Of a stretch of 33,818 nt of DNA, positions 8,593-16,652 are shown in pieces; position 1 is the first letter of the stretch, and every line of letters begins with the position of its first letter. The notes beneath the pieces are model-generated. The model was not told the origin of the DNA. It searched no databases and saw only the letters and a program-made list of their open reading frames with translations. The stretch spans positions 1 to 33,818 of the forward strand of contig JAIRXZ010000157.1 in NCBI GenBank assembly GCA_031267995.1, read 5' to 3'. The translations under genes were made by a program, and so were the position numbers. This stretch comes from Odoribacteraceae bacterium (GTDB taxonomy: Bacteria > Bacteroidota > Bacteroidia > Bacteroidales > Marinifilaceae).

Positions 8593-9773
8593 GCATCATC
8601 CGTCGTCTTCTCCTCCGCGAGCACGTCAGCTGGACGCAGCTCACCGGCTTCTTCATCGCCGGCCTGGTTGGCGCCGGCATCGTCCTCTTTGGCGTGCAGG
8701 CGTGGGCAGATCTTCACCCCTTCTTCAGCCCCGACGACGGCTTTATTAAAAAAGATTACATCGTCATCACCAAGCGAGTAGGCGCCCTTGACCTCCTCAA
8801 CCGCCGCGGCAACCTCTTCACCGCCGCCGAACGCGACGAGCTTGCCCGACAGCCCTTCGCCGACCGCGTGGGCGCCTTCACCCCCTCCCGTTTCCAGGTC
8901 AGCGCCGGCATACAGGTGCAAGGCGCCGGCTTCACCACCGACATGTTCTTCGAATCGGTGCCCGACGAGTTCGTCGACGCCCGCGACGAACGCTGGACGT
9001 ACAACCCCGGCGACAGCGAGATCCCCATCATCCTCCCGCGGAACTATCTCAACCTCTACAACTTCGGCTTCGCCCGCTCGCGCGACCTCCCCACCATCTC
9101 CGAGGGCGTCGTCTCCATGCTGCGCCTCTCCGTCCGCGTCACCGGCAACGGCCACGCCGACGCCTTCGCCGGCCGCGTCACCGGCTTCTCCAACCGCCTC
9201 AACACCATACTCGTCCCCGAACCGTTCATGGCCTGGGCAAACGCCCGCTACGCCACCGCGCCGCCGGCCGACCCCGCCCGCCTCATCATCGAAACCGGAA
9301 ACCCCGCCAACAAGGAGATAGCGAAGTACTTCCAGCAGCGCGGCTACGACGCCGAGAACGACAAGCTCAACGACGGCAGCGTCGTCTGGTTCCTCAACAT
9401 CCTCACCACCGCCGTCATCGCCATCGGCCTCCTCATTTGCCTCCTCGCGCTCTACCTCCTCACCATCTCCATATACCTTATCATCCAGAAGAACAGCGAC
9501 AAGCTGCGCGACCTCCTCCTCATCGGCTACCGCGTCCGCGAGATTGCCGCCCCTTACCAGATGCTCGTCGTCGTCGTCAACGCCATTGTCGCCGTGCTCG
9601 CCATCACCGCCGTCCTCGTCGCCCGCGCCCACTACATCCCCTTCCTCACCAAAATCTGGCCGGAATTTGTACCCGCCACGCCCGCGCCCGCCATCGCCTG
9701 CTCCCTCGCCCTATTCGTCCTCACTTGTTTCCTCAACATCCTCGCCCTCAGGCTTCGCCTGCGTAAAATCTGA
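8589..9773 (+). CDS. ABC transporter permease with MacB/LolC/FtsX topology
   Basis: The 394-aa protein has an N-terminal TM segment (LTGFFIAGLVGAGIVLFGVQAW) followed by a ~230-aa soluble domain. Three C-terminal hydrophobic segments follow (VVWFLNILTTAVIAIGLLICLLALYLL, MLVVVVNAIVAVLAITAVLV, PAIACSLALFVLTCFLNILAL). That is the 1+3 TM layout of FtsX-family permeases. Confidence 0.8.
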   Translation: MSIIRRLLLREHVSWTQLTGFFIAGLVGAGIVLFGVQAWADLHPFFSPDDGFIKKDYIVITKRVGALDLLNRRGNLFTAAERDELARQPFADRVGAFTPSRFQVSAGIQVQGAGFTTDMFFESVPDEFVDARDERWTYNPGDSEIPIILPRNYLNLYNFGFARSRDLPTISEGVVSMLRLSVRVTGNGHADAFAGRVTGFSNRLNTILVPEPFMAWANARYATAPPADPARLIIETGNPANKEIAKYFQQRGYDAENDKLNDGSVVWFLNILTTAVIAIGLLICLLALYLLTISIYLIIQKNSDKLRDLLLIGYRVREIAAPYQMLVVVVNAIVAVLAITAVLVARAHYIPFLTKIWPEFVPATPAPAIACSLALFVLTCFLNILALRLRLRKI

Positions 9774-9792
9774 TTGACGCCCGACGCCCGCC

Positions 9793-10300
9793 GGCATCTC
9801 CCCGCGTCTTCCCGTCACGCCCCCGCGCCATTTCGACGAACCTGAATGTCATTCCATTACGCCCTCGTCCTCTCCCGGCAATCCTTCATGTCCTCTTATT
9901 ATGCCCCCGTGTCATTTCGACGACACTGAATGTCATCCCATTACGCCCTCGTCCTCTCCCGGCAATCCTTCATGTCCTCGTATTATGCCCCCGTGTCATT
10001 TCGACGACCCTTTATTTCCTCCCATCGCGCCCCCGCACCCTCCCGGCAACCCTTCATGTCCTCTTATGATACCCCCGACCATCACCTGAATCTCGCGTTA
10101 CACGTGCGACGATGGGCGACTGCACAAATTCATGCCATCGCATGCGTGCGATGATATGCCATTGCACAATTTCATCCCATCGTACGCGAACGACGATATG
10201 TCATCATACAATTTCATCCCGTCGCATGCGAGCGACAGTATGCCATCGTGCGATCTCACTCCGTCGCACGCGAGCGACGCTTCGCCACGCGCGCGTGGCG
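9793..10300. repeat. Degenerate tandem array with 42/84-bp periodicity
   Basis: The 84-bp units at 9829-9912 and 9913-9996 differ at 4 of 84 positions, and a third, diverged unit starts at 9997. Each 84-mer is itself a diverged dimer of 42-mers. A set of 42-bp units follows at 10136, 10178, 10220 and 10262, and these share TCATCCCAT..TACGC with the left units. Several right-hand units contain short hairpin-capable inverted repeats such as CGTCGC-ACGCGA-GCGACG. Confidence 0.9.
10283..10300. repeat. Perfect 18-bp palindrome CGCCACGCGCGCGTGGCG (possible operator)
   Basis: The sequence is exactly self-complementary. It closes the tandem array and lies 57 nt upstream of the candidate -7 box at 10357. 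Confidence 0.6.
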
Positions 10301-10356
10301 CCCTGTTGTAAGCAAAAAACAGCACCCCGTCGCGCGATGTTCCCGGAAAATTTACA

Positions 10357-10364
10357 TACATTTG
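10357..10364 (+). promoter_or_regulatory. Candidate -7 box (TACATTTG) for the DUF6261-like gene
   Basis: This is an exact TAnnTTTG match, preceded by CGGAAAA at 10344 as in the other promoter modules. It lies 46 nt upstream of the ATG at 10411. Confidence 0.4.
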
Positions 10365-10410
10365 CCTGTAGAGAACGAAAAACCCCTCACCACCAAAAAC
10401 AAACCACAAG

Positions 10411-11655
10411 ATGAACGGTAAAATCTCCACGTTAAGCCAAAGCAGAATGCGCGACGAGGAGGCCTACGGCTTCTATCTCGTTGTTGACAAACAGTTTGCC
10501 AAGTGCGCCGAGCCGTTGTTCGCGTCCTCGTACATGATCTTCACCGATCGCCTGGAGGCGTACACCCTTGCCCTGGAGCCGCCGCGGAAAAGCCTTCTCA
10601 CGCCGTTGATAGCGGCAGCCCAGCGGCGGCGGGTGGCCGCGAGCGGCGGCATCTCGGCCCGCGTCCGCCTGGCGTTGTCGCACGTCGACCCCGAAAAGGC
10701 CTTCGCCGCCCGCCGACTGAACGCGATCATCAAAAGTTACAAGTCGCCCCGCCTGCTGGAGTACGTCGAGTGCACCGGCGTGGTACACAACATCATAGAT
10801 GATCTCGACACGCCTACCAATCGCGCCCTCCTCCGCCAGGTGGACGCCGAGGAGTGGCTCGACGAGCTAAAGGCCGCCAGCATGGAGTTCGACACGCTCT
10901 ACCTCGCGAGGCAGCGCGAGGAGCGCCCGCCAAAGGGTCTCGTCCGCGACGCCCGCGCCGCCGTCGGCAAGGCGTACGCGAACTGCGTAACCCGCCTGAA
11001 CGCCCTGGTGGAACTGAATGGCGCCACGAAGTACGCGTCCCTCGTTGAACCCATCAACACGCTGATCCACAATAAAAAAAATCTCTATCGCGTGCGGCAA
11101 GGAAAGAAGGAAAAACTAAGCGAACGCGAGGAACGCAAGGAATATCTCGCCTCGTTGTTTGGCAAGATGTTCTCCTCTCCTCCTGCCGATACTTCTCCCG
11201 ACGCCGCCCCGCCCGCCGATGCCGGCACACCTCCCAACATCACTCCACCCGCACCTGCCGCCGCTGAAGCGCTATCCAACATTACCCCCGCTGACAGTAA
11301 GGAAGATACCAAATCCTCTCCGCGCAAGCGCGTCGCCCGCATCCGGGGGCACAAAAGCATCCCGCGCGACCATCCCAAGCGCGCCCGCGGTCACAAACGC
11401 GCCCCGCGCGTCCGTCCCGACGTCGGGGCATTTCTCGAACTCTCCCGGCGCGAACCCCCTGATGATGAGGCGGATGATGAAAATACCCCGATCGCGCCCG
11501 CCGCTGACGAACCGCTTCCCGATGATATTTCACTCGAACTTACTGACAACGAGGCGGGTGTAGATGATCTCCCACCCGAACCTGCCGATGGCGCGGGTGA
11601 GGAGGATTCCCCGCGTGACGAGGCCGCGCCGGACGGCGGTGATAACGAGGAATGA
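10411..11655 (+). CDS. DUF6261-like protein with a ~180-aa low-complexity C-terminal extension
   Basis: The first ~230 aa are helical and follow the motif order I associate with Bacteroidota DUF6261: MRDEEAYGFY, AARRLNAIIKSY, VVHNIIDDL, WLDELKAASMEFDTLY, then AYANCVTRLNALVELNG. The tail is a P/A-rich block, then a basic block (RKRVARIRGHKSIPRDHPKRARGHKRAPRVRP), then an acidic D/E/P block. Confidence 0.6.
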   Translation: MNGKISTLSQSRMRDEEAYGFYLVVDKQFAKCAEPLFASSYMIFTDRLEAYTLALEPPRKSLLTPLIAAAQRRRVAASGGISARVRLALSHVDPEKAFAARRLNAIIKSYKSPRLLEYVECTGVVHNIIDDLDTPTNRALLRQVDAEEWLDELKAASMEFDTLYLARQREERPPKGLVRDARAAVGKAYANCVTRLNALVELNGATKYASLVEPINTLIHNKKNLYRVRQGKKEKLSEREERKEYLASLFGKMFSSPPADTSPDAAPPADAGTPPNITPPAPAAAEALSNITPADSKEDTKSSPRKRVARIRGHKSIPRDHPKRARGHKRAPRVRPDVGAFLELSRREPPDDEADDENTPIAPAADEPLPDDISLELTDNEAGVDDLPPEPADGAGEEDSPRDEAAPDGGDNEE

Positions 11656-11758
11656 TCCGGCCTCCCGGCGGCTCGCGTGGGGATAAGAAAATGGTGCAGG
11701 GGTGAGGCGGCGGGTGTTGGGCGGGGTAACGGGATGTGCGCCGTGCTGAAAGGCCGAA

Positions 11759-12448
11759 CTAATTGTCTTCCTCGTTGTTGAACCAGAACATTCCCCTCGT
11801 TTCGGCGAGGTATTGATCGAAGTTTTTTATACCCTCGTCGGTCATGACGAAGTAGAGGAAGATGTCCAATCCGCCTCTCCCCATGACGATGACGCGCGTG
11901 CGGGTGAAGCGGTCGCGACACGCCTGCCCGGCCATGTTGAACGGGTAGGCCAACATGTAATCCGCATTGAAGAGGGCTTTGGCGCTGTCTCGCGGTTGGT
12001 TCTGCACCAGCATTTTGAGGTCTTCAATGTCCTGCTCCGTCGCGGCCGACAGCTGCCTCCCGTAATTGAAGTTGCTTTTAATACGGTTAAATGCGAGGTC
12101 GGCAGGTTTGGTGTTTCCAAATGCGGCGGGATTATCTTTAATTAGTTTCCCATGCTGCACGCTATTGGCCCCTGATACATAAACGTATATAACGCATTGT
12201 TCGTCCAAGCTGGTAATTTCGGCGTCGACCACGGCAAATTTATTCAATGGACAGGTAACATCCTCGCAGGCGTACTTACCCCACTTGCCTTGGCCTTCCC
12301 ATGGATCGACTTTGTACTGTTCGCAGGGAGTAAACGTGACTCCAATGAGTTCCAAGCTGCTTTTTAAAGATTCCGGGATCTCCTGCCCGTTGACGGTGCC
12401 CGCCAGGAAAGAGACCAGACAGCAGGCGAAAAGGATTCTGTTTAACAT
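11759..12448 (-). CDS. Hypothetical secreted protein, no family recognised
   Basis: A 229-aa ATG-started ORF with an N-terminal signal peptide (MLNRILFACCLVSFLAGTVNG|QE), five Cys in the mature part and non-repetitive, protein-like composition. Its GC is visibly lower than that of its neighbours: about 47% in stretches I counted by hand, against about 65-68% next door. Confidence 0.7.
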   Translation of the reverse strand: MLNRILFACCLVSFLAGTVNGQEIPESLKSSLELIGVTFTPCEQYKVDPWEGQGKWGKYACEDVTCPLNKFAVVDAEITSLDEQCVIYVYVSGANSVQHGKLIKDNPAAFGNTKPADLAFNRIKSNFNYGRQLSAATEQDIEDLKMLVQNQPRDSAKALFNADYMLAYPFNMAGQACRDRFTRTRVIVMGRGGLDIFLYFVMTDEGIKNFDQYLAETRGMFWFNNEEDN

Positions 12449-12667
12449 CGTTTATTCCAATTAATGTAATGGATGATTTCGGCTCGCGAGTTTAATCAAA
12501 AAAGTTTACCATCGCAAGTCGCGAGCGGGGGGCGTTACACGACACGTTTTCGCACGTTCACCGGGGGGGAAGATGAGCGATTTGTTTGGCGGGCGGGTAG
12601 TTGGAGAGCAAAAATTGGGGGAAGGAGATGAAGGGCAGGCGATCGGCGGCGGGGGATCAGGCCGTGA

Positions 12668-13813
12668 TTAGTCGTAGTCGGGGAGGAGATAGCGCTGGCG
12701 GACGGGGAGGAACGCGTCGATTTCGGGCTGCCAGGCGTCGCGGATTTGCTGTTCCGTCTTCCCGGCGATGATGGCGAGGCGAAGGGCGTCGTTGCCGGCG
12801 AGCAGGTCGAAAAGGGGGAGGAAAAAGGGGGAGGGGCCGCGGTAAGTGCGGTAAGCGGCGAGTAACCAGGTGAGGTTGAGGCGTCTGGCGGCGCGCGTGG
12901 GGAGGTGTTCGTTGGCGAGATCCATGCCCCGGCACTCCTCGCCAGCGCATTTGGGAGAGGGGGCGATGCCGGGGAGGGGACGGGGGGTGTAGGCGAAGGA
13001 CATTCCCTCCAGCAGCGGGTGACCGAAGCGCTGGAAGGGGAAGGGGGTGCCCCGTCCCTCATTGACGACCGTCCCCTCGAAGAAGCAAAGCGAGGGGTAG
13101 AGCATCACGGAGAGCGAGTCGGGGAGGTTTGGCGACGGCGGCACGCGGAGGGGGAAGGGGTCGCCGCGCCGCCAGCCGTGACAGGGGATGACGGTGAGTT
13201 GGCAGCGGAGGCCGTCGCGCAGCCATCCCTCGCCGTTGATCATGCGGGCGTACTCGCCGATGGTCATGCCGTAGACGACGGGCACGGGGTGCATGCCGAT
13301 GAACGACCGGTGGTCGGGGCGGGCGACGGGGCCGTCGACGTAGTGCGCGTGGGCGTTGGGGCGATCCATGACGATGAGCGGGATGCCGGCGGCGGCGCAG
13401 GATTCCATGACGTGGTGAAGGGTGGAGAGGTAAGTGTAGAAGCGGACGCCGACGTCCTGGAGGTCGAAGATCATGATGTCGATGCCGAGGAGGTCTTCGG
13501 CGGAGGGTGCCTTCTTCCTGCCGTAGAGGGAGATGACGGGGAGGCGCCCGGTGTCGTCCCGCTGATCCTCTACCGTTTCGCCGGCGGCGGCATCGCCCCG
13601 GAAGCCGTGTTCGGGGGCGAAGACGCGGAGGACGCGGATGCCCCGGCGGGCGAGGAATTGCACGTCGGGCAGGCCGTCGGCGAGGGAGGCGCGGTTGGCG
13701 ACGATGGCCGCGTTCTTGTCGGCGAGCAGGTGGGCGTAGAGGTCGAACCGCTCCACCCCCACGCGTGCAGGGGCGGCGGCGAGGAGGGCGCAGGCAAACA
13801 GGAGGGCGTTCAC
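12668..13813 (-). CDS. DUF1343 family protein (exo-beta-N-acetylmuramidase NamZ-like)
   Basis: It has a signal peptide, and the motifs VANRASL, FAPEHGFRGD, ISLYG, IFDLQDVGVRFYTYLSTL and MDRPN are characteristic of DUF1343/YbbC/NamZ. Confidence 0.85.
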   Translation of the reverse strand: MNALLFACALLAAAPARVGVERFDLYAHLLADKNAAIVANRASLADGLPDVQFLARRGIRVLRVFAPEHGFRGDAAAGETVEDQRDDTGRLPVISLYGRKKAPSAEDLLGIDIMIFDLQDVGVRFYTYLSTLHHVMESCAAAGIPLIVMDRPNAHAHYVDGPVARPDHRSFIGMHPVPVVYGMTIGEYARMINGEGWLRDGLRCQLTVIPCHGWRRGDPFPLRVPPSPNLPDSLSVMLYPSLCFFEGTVVNEGRGTPFPFQRFGHPLLEGMSFAYTPRPLPGIAPSPKCAGEECRGMDLANEHLPTRAARRLNLTWLLAAYRTYRGPSPFFLPLFDLLAGNDALRLAIIAGKTEQQIRDAWQPEIDAFLPVRQRYLLPDYD

Positions 13814-13819
13814 GGGGCT

Positions 13820-14737
13820 TTAGAAGGTGCTTTTGGCTTCCTCGAGGGTGATTTTGACGGAGCCGACGACGATTTTGGCCTCCACCATGAGGGGCAGGCG
13901 GTACTCGTCATCGCTGACCCACACCTTCATGCTCTCCCCTCCCTTGAATACCTCGCCCTCCACCAGCAGGGGGGAGAAGACGTGGCACCAGCGCTTTTCC
14001 TTGCTCACTTTGACGCGCTCGCGGCCGAGGTAGCGGACGTAGAGGTTGTATATTTTGTCGTCCAGGAGTACGCGCATGGGGATGAGATCGTTCTTTTGGT
14101 AGGCGGGAAAGTCGAGGCGGCGCACCATCCAGATGGCGGAGAGGATGTCGTGGGTGTCCGGGAGGAGGGGGATGGTGTCGAGGCGGACGTTGCGGCCGAG
14201 GCGCTCCTGGCGCGAGTAGACGGCGCGGCGGTTGTAGTCCCAGCGGTAGTCGAATGTTTTGTGATAGTTGCCCTCGTGGGCGACGCGGGAGAAGGCGCGG
14301 GGGAGGAACGTGTCGGGATCGTGGTGCGACACCAGCGTGTCGCGCACGCGGAAGATCCAGTCCTTTGTCGACCTCCCGACGGCGAAAAGGCGCTGTGCCC
14401 CGGCGTGTTCCTTCGATGGCGAGAGGGTAAATTCCACGATGCCGGCCTCTATCCAGATGAACGCCCAATTGTATTGCGCGGTGTAGACGAGCCGCTCCGG
14501 GCGACATGCCGGCGACGCGGGGCTGGCGGCGGGCGACGGGGGGGCGTCAACGGTTGACGACGGGGTGTCCGCGAGGTCGGCAAGCGAGTCCGCCGGGGGC
14601 GCGAGGCTCTCCGCGGCCGGCGCGGGACGATTGATGACCGACGCGGGGGTGTCGGCCATCGGCAGCGCGTCGCCCCGCTCTCCACTTGCCAGGAGCGGGA
14701 TGACCGCGATCAACATCCATGAAAGTGTTTTCATCAT
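13820..14737 (-). CDS. DUF3108 domain protein
   Basis: A signal peptide and a P/A/S-rich linker are followed by YTAQYNWAFIWIEAGIVEFTL. The C-terminus reads VWVSDDEYRLPLMVEAKIVVGSVKITLEE, which is typical of DUF3108. It sits 6 nt from both neighbouring genes. Confidence 0.75.
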   Translation of the reverse strand: MMKTLSWMLIAVIPLLASGERGDALPMADTPASVINRPAPAAESLAPPADSLADLADTPSSTVDAPPSPAASPASPACRPERLVYTAQYNWAFIWIEAGIVEFTLSPSKEHAGAQRLFAVGRSTKDWIFRVRDTLVSHHDPDTFLPRAFSRVAHEGNYHKTFDYRWDYNRRAVYSRQERLGRNVRLDTIPLLPDTHDILSAIWMVRRLDFPAYQKNDLIPMRVLLDDKIYNLYVRYLGRERVKVSKEKRWCHVFSPLLVEGEVFKGGESMKVWVSDDEYRLPLMVEAKIVVGSVKITLEEAKSTF

Positions 14738-14743
14738 CCGGTA

Positions 14744-16624
14744 TTATTTTTTATTCTCCTCTTTCTTTTTGGCGGGATCCTCGCGGGTGTACTCCTTGTT
14801 CACCTGCACGTCCTGCTCGATGTCGAAATTCTTCCTCACCTTGAACTCGCCGGGGATGTACTTGATCTCCTCCGGCTGCCGGTGTTTGAGGAAATTCCCG
14901 GTGTCCCACAGGCCGTTGCCGTTGGCGTCCATCACCACGCGGAGGATGTACGTACCCTCCTTCAGGAAGTCAAACGTCACGCGGCCGTCGGCCGTCGCCC
15001 GCCGCTCCTCCACCACCTTCACATCCTTGTCGCCCTGGCACAGCTGGAAGATCACGGGCATCGTCACCCCCTCGGCGTGCAGGATCAACTTGCCGTAAGC
15101 GTCTAACTCCTTGGTGGTAAACTTCACGTCCAGCGGTCGGGAGTGAATCCCGTGGATGCCGCGGATGGCCATCGAATCGGCCTTCAGGTTATACTCCGCG
15201 CCCGGCCTCCAGTCGTGCTCCACGAAGAAACGCCGGATCTTCAGCGAATCCTGCCGCCAGTGGAGGGGCAACTCGCGCCAGGTGGTATCCACCTTCTCCC
15301 GCAGGGTGATGTGATCCAGGTCGGCCGCCACCACCGGCTTGTTAAAATCCAGGATGACAGGGCGATTGAGGTCGTGCGGCGATCCGCTTGCCACGCTCAC
15401 CTCCAGCAGCGGGACGGGGGGTGGTTGCGGTTCGTCGTCATCGTCGCCTCGCCGCCTTCGGGTGGTCTCCTTTTTCTTCTCCGCGAAGACAAACCACGAG
15501 GTGTCGCGCCGCTGCACCAGCTGACGGGTGGAATCGGAGTAGAGATAAGCCAGCTCCACCTGCAGCGAGTCCATTTTGTACACCAGGGAGTCTCTAATCC
15601 AGAGCGATAGGGTGTCTCGCCCCGCCGACCGTTCCGTGAGGTACCAATCCTCCTTGCCGGCGGCGTCGCCCAGCAGCGTGGCCACGAGTTGGTTCTCCCC
15701 CGGCACGCTGAAGGTGAGGTCGATCCGCTCGCGTTCCGGGCGGGCGTCGCCCGTCATGTAGAGCTGCGTCTTCTCCTCGTCAAACATGACAATCAGCAGG
15801 TTCGCCGGGCCGTACATCACGTACTCCCGCTCCACCACGGTATCCCTGGTGAGGGTGTCGACGGTGAAAGTGCCTCGCTTGGAGCGTTTGACGAGGATTT
15901 TCGTGGTGTCCGGGCGGATGGTATCCATGCGATTCTCCCGCCACACCACCGGCATCACCAGCGAGTCCAGGAAACCAACGCGTTCCTCCTCCGGCATGAA
16001 CAGCTTGTCGCGATTGGCATCCTCCAGCGCCATAACGCGATAGGAGGCCTCGCGGATGTTGGTGACGCGGAAACGCCCGGCGCTGTCCGTGCGGGCGATG
16101 TAGGAGGGCAACTCCAGGAGGGCGGCGGAATCCGCGGTGTTGGCGTGCAGCAACACGTTGACGCCCAGCAGGGGGAGGCGCGTGCGGGCGTCAATCACCT
16201 GCCCGGCCAGCTCCATGGTGTCGATGACGCCGCCGGTGGAGAACACGTAGCGGTAGAAGCCCAGGGGGTTACCCTCGTTGTTGTCCGCGATGCCGTCGGC
16301 GAAGTCGAGCGAGTAAGTGATGTTTTGCCGGAGGGTGTCCTGGAATTCCACCTGGATGTATCGCCCGCGCAGGCTGATGCGGGGATCCTTCTTGGCGGGC
16401 GGCGACATGATAAACTTGTTGTTAATGTCCTTCAACTGAACGAACTCGCTGAAGTGGATGGTCAAGCGCTTCTGGGCGAAGTCGATGGAGAACGACGCTG
16501 GACGCTCCTCCGTTACCACCGGCGGGGTGACGTCCTTGGGGCCTCCCTCCGGGAAGCCCTTGTTGGCGCACGACTGCGCGAGGAGGGCTACCAGCCAAAG
16601 CGTGTTTCTCGAAAAAATGTTCAT
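14744..16624 (-). CDS. Ig-like (Big_5/SbsA-type) domain lipoprotein
   Basis: The N-terminus SCANKGFPEGGPKDVTPPVV..ERPASFSIDF..KRLTIHFSEFV is typical of Bacteroidota Ig-like domain lipoproteins. The 626-aa protein has a Lys-rich C-terminus. Confidence 0.7.
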   Translation of the reverse strand: MNIFSRNTLWLVALLAQSCANKGFPEGGPKDVTPPVVTEERPASFSIDFAQKRLTIHFSEFVQLKDINNKFIMSPPAKKDPRISLRGRYIQVEFQDTLRQNITYSLDFADGIADNNEGNPLGFYRYVFSTGGVIDTMELAGQVIDARTRLPLLGVNVLLHANTADSAALLELPSYIARTDSAGRFRVTNIREASYRVMALEDANRDKLFMPEEERVGFLDSLVMPVVWRENRMDTIRPDTTKILVKRSKRGTFTVDTLTRDTVVEREYVMYGPANLLIVMFDEEKTQLYMTGDARPERERIDLTFSVPGENQLVATLLGDAAGKEDWYLTERSAGRDTLSLWIRDSLVYKMDSLQVELAYLYSDSTRQLVQRRDTSWFVFAEKKKETTRRRRGDDDDEPQPPPVPLLEVSVASGSPHDLNRPVILDFNKPVVAADLDHITLREKVDTTWRELPLHWRQDSLKIRRFFVEHDWRPGAEYNLKADSMAIRGIHGIHSRPLDVKFTTKELDAYGKLILHAEGVTMPVIFQLCQGDKDVKVVEERRATADGRVTFDFLKEGTYILRVVMDANGNGLWDTGNFLKHRQPEEIKYIPGEFKVRKNFDIEQDVQVNKEYTREDPAKKKEENKK

Positions 16625-16644
16625 GGTATTCTGTATAATCCTCG

Positions 16645-16652
16645 CGAATGTA
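16645..16652 (-). promoter_or_regulatory. Candidate -7 box (TACATTCG on the minus strand), third copy of the shared promoter module
   Basis: The minus strand reads CGGAAAAATCCCGTACATTCGCGAGG (16645-16665 region). It lies 20 nt upstream of the ATG at 16624. Confidence 0.35.

Noticed and set aside
9793-10300. Possible CRISPR array, because of regularly spaced repeats with small hairpins.
   Set aside because: The units abut one another with no unique spacers and are mutually degenerate rather than identical. No cas genes and no leader sequence are present.
9901-10430. Cys/His-rich repetitive small ORFs across the 42/84-bp array: 9901..10089 (+), 9930..10154 (+), 10112..10414 (+) and 10098..10430 (-).
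   Set aside because: Their periodicity (28-aa and 14-aa repeats) only reflects the DNA repeat length being a multiple of 3. Several frames and both strands are open at once, the starts fall mid-repeat, and one ORF overlaps the promoter and start codon of the downstream gene. There is no independent coding evidence.
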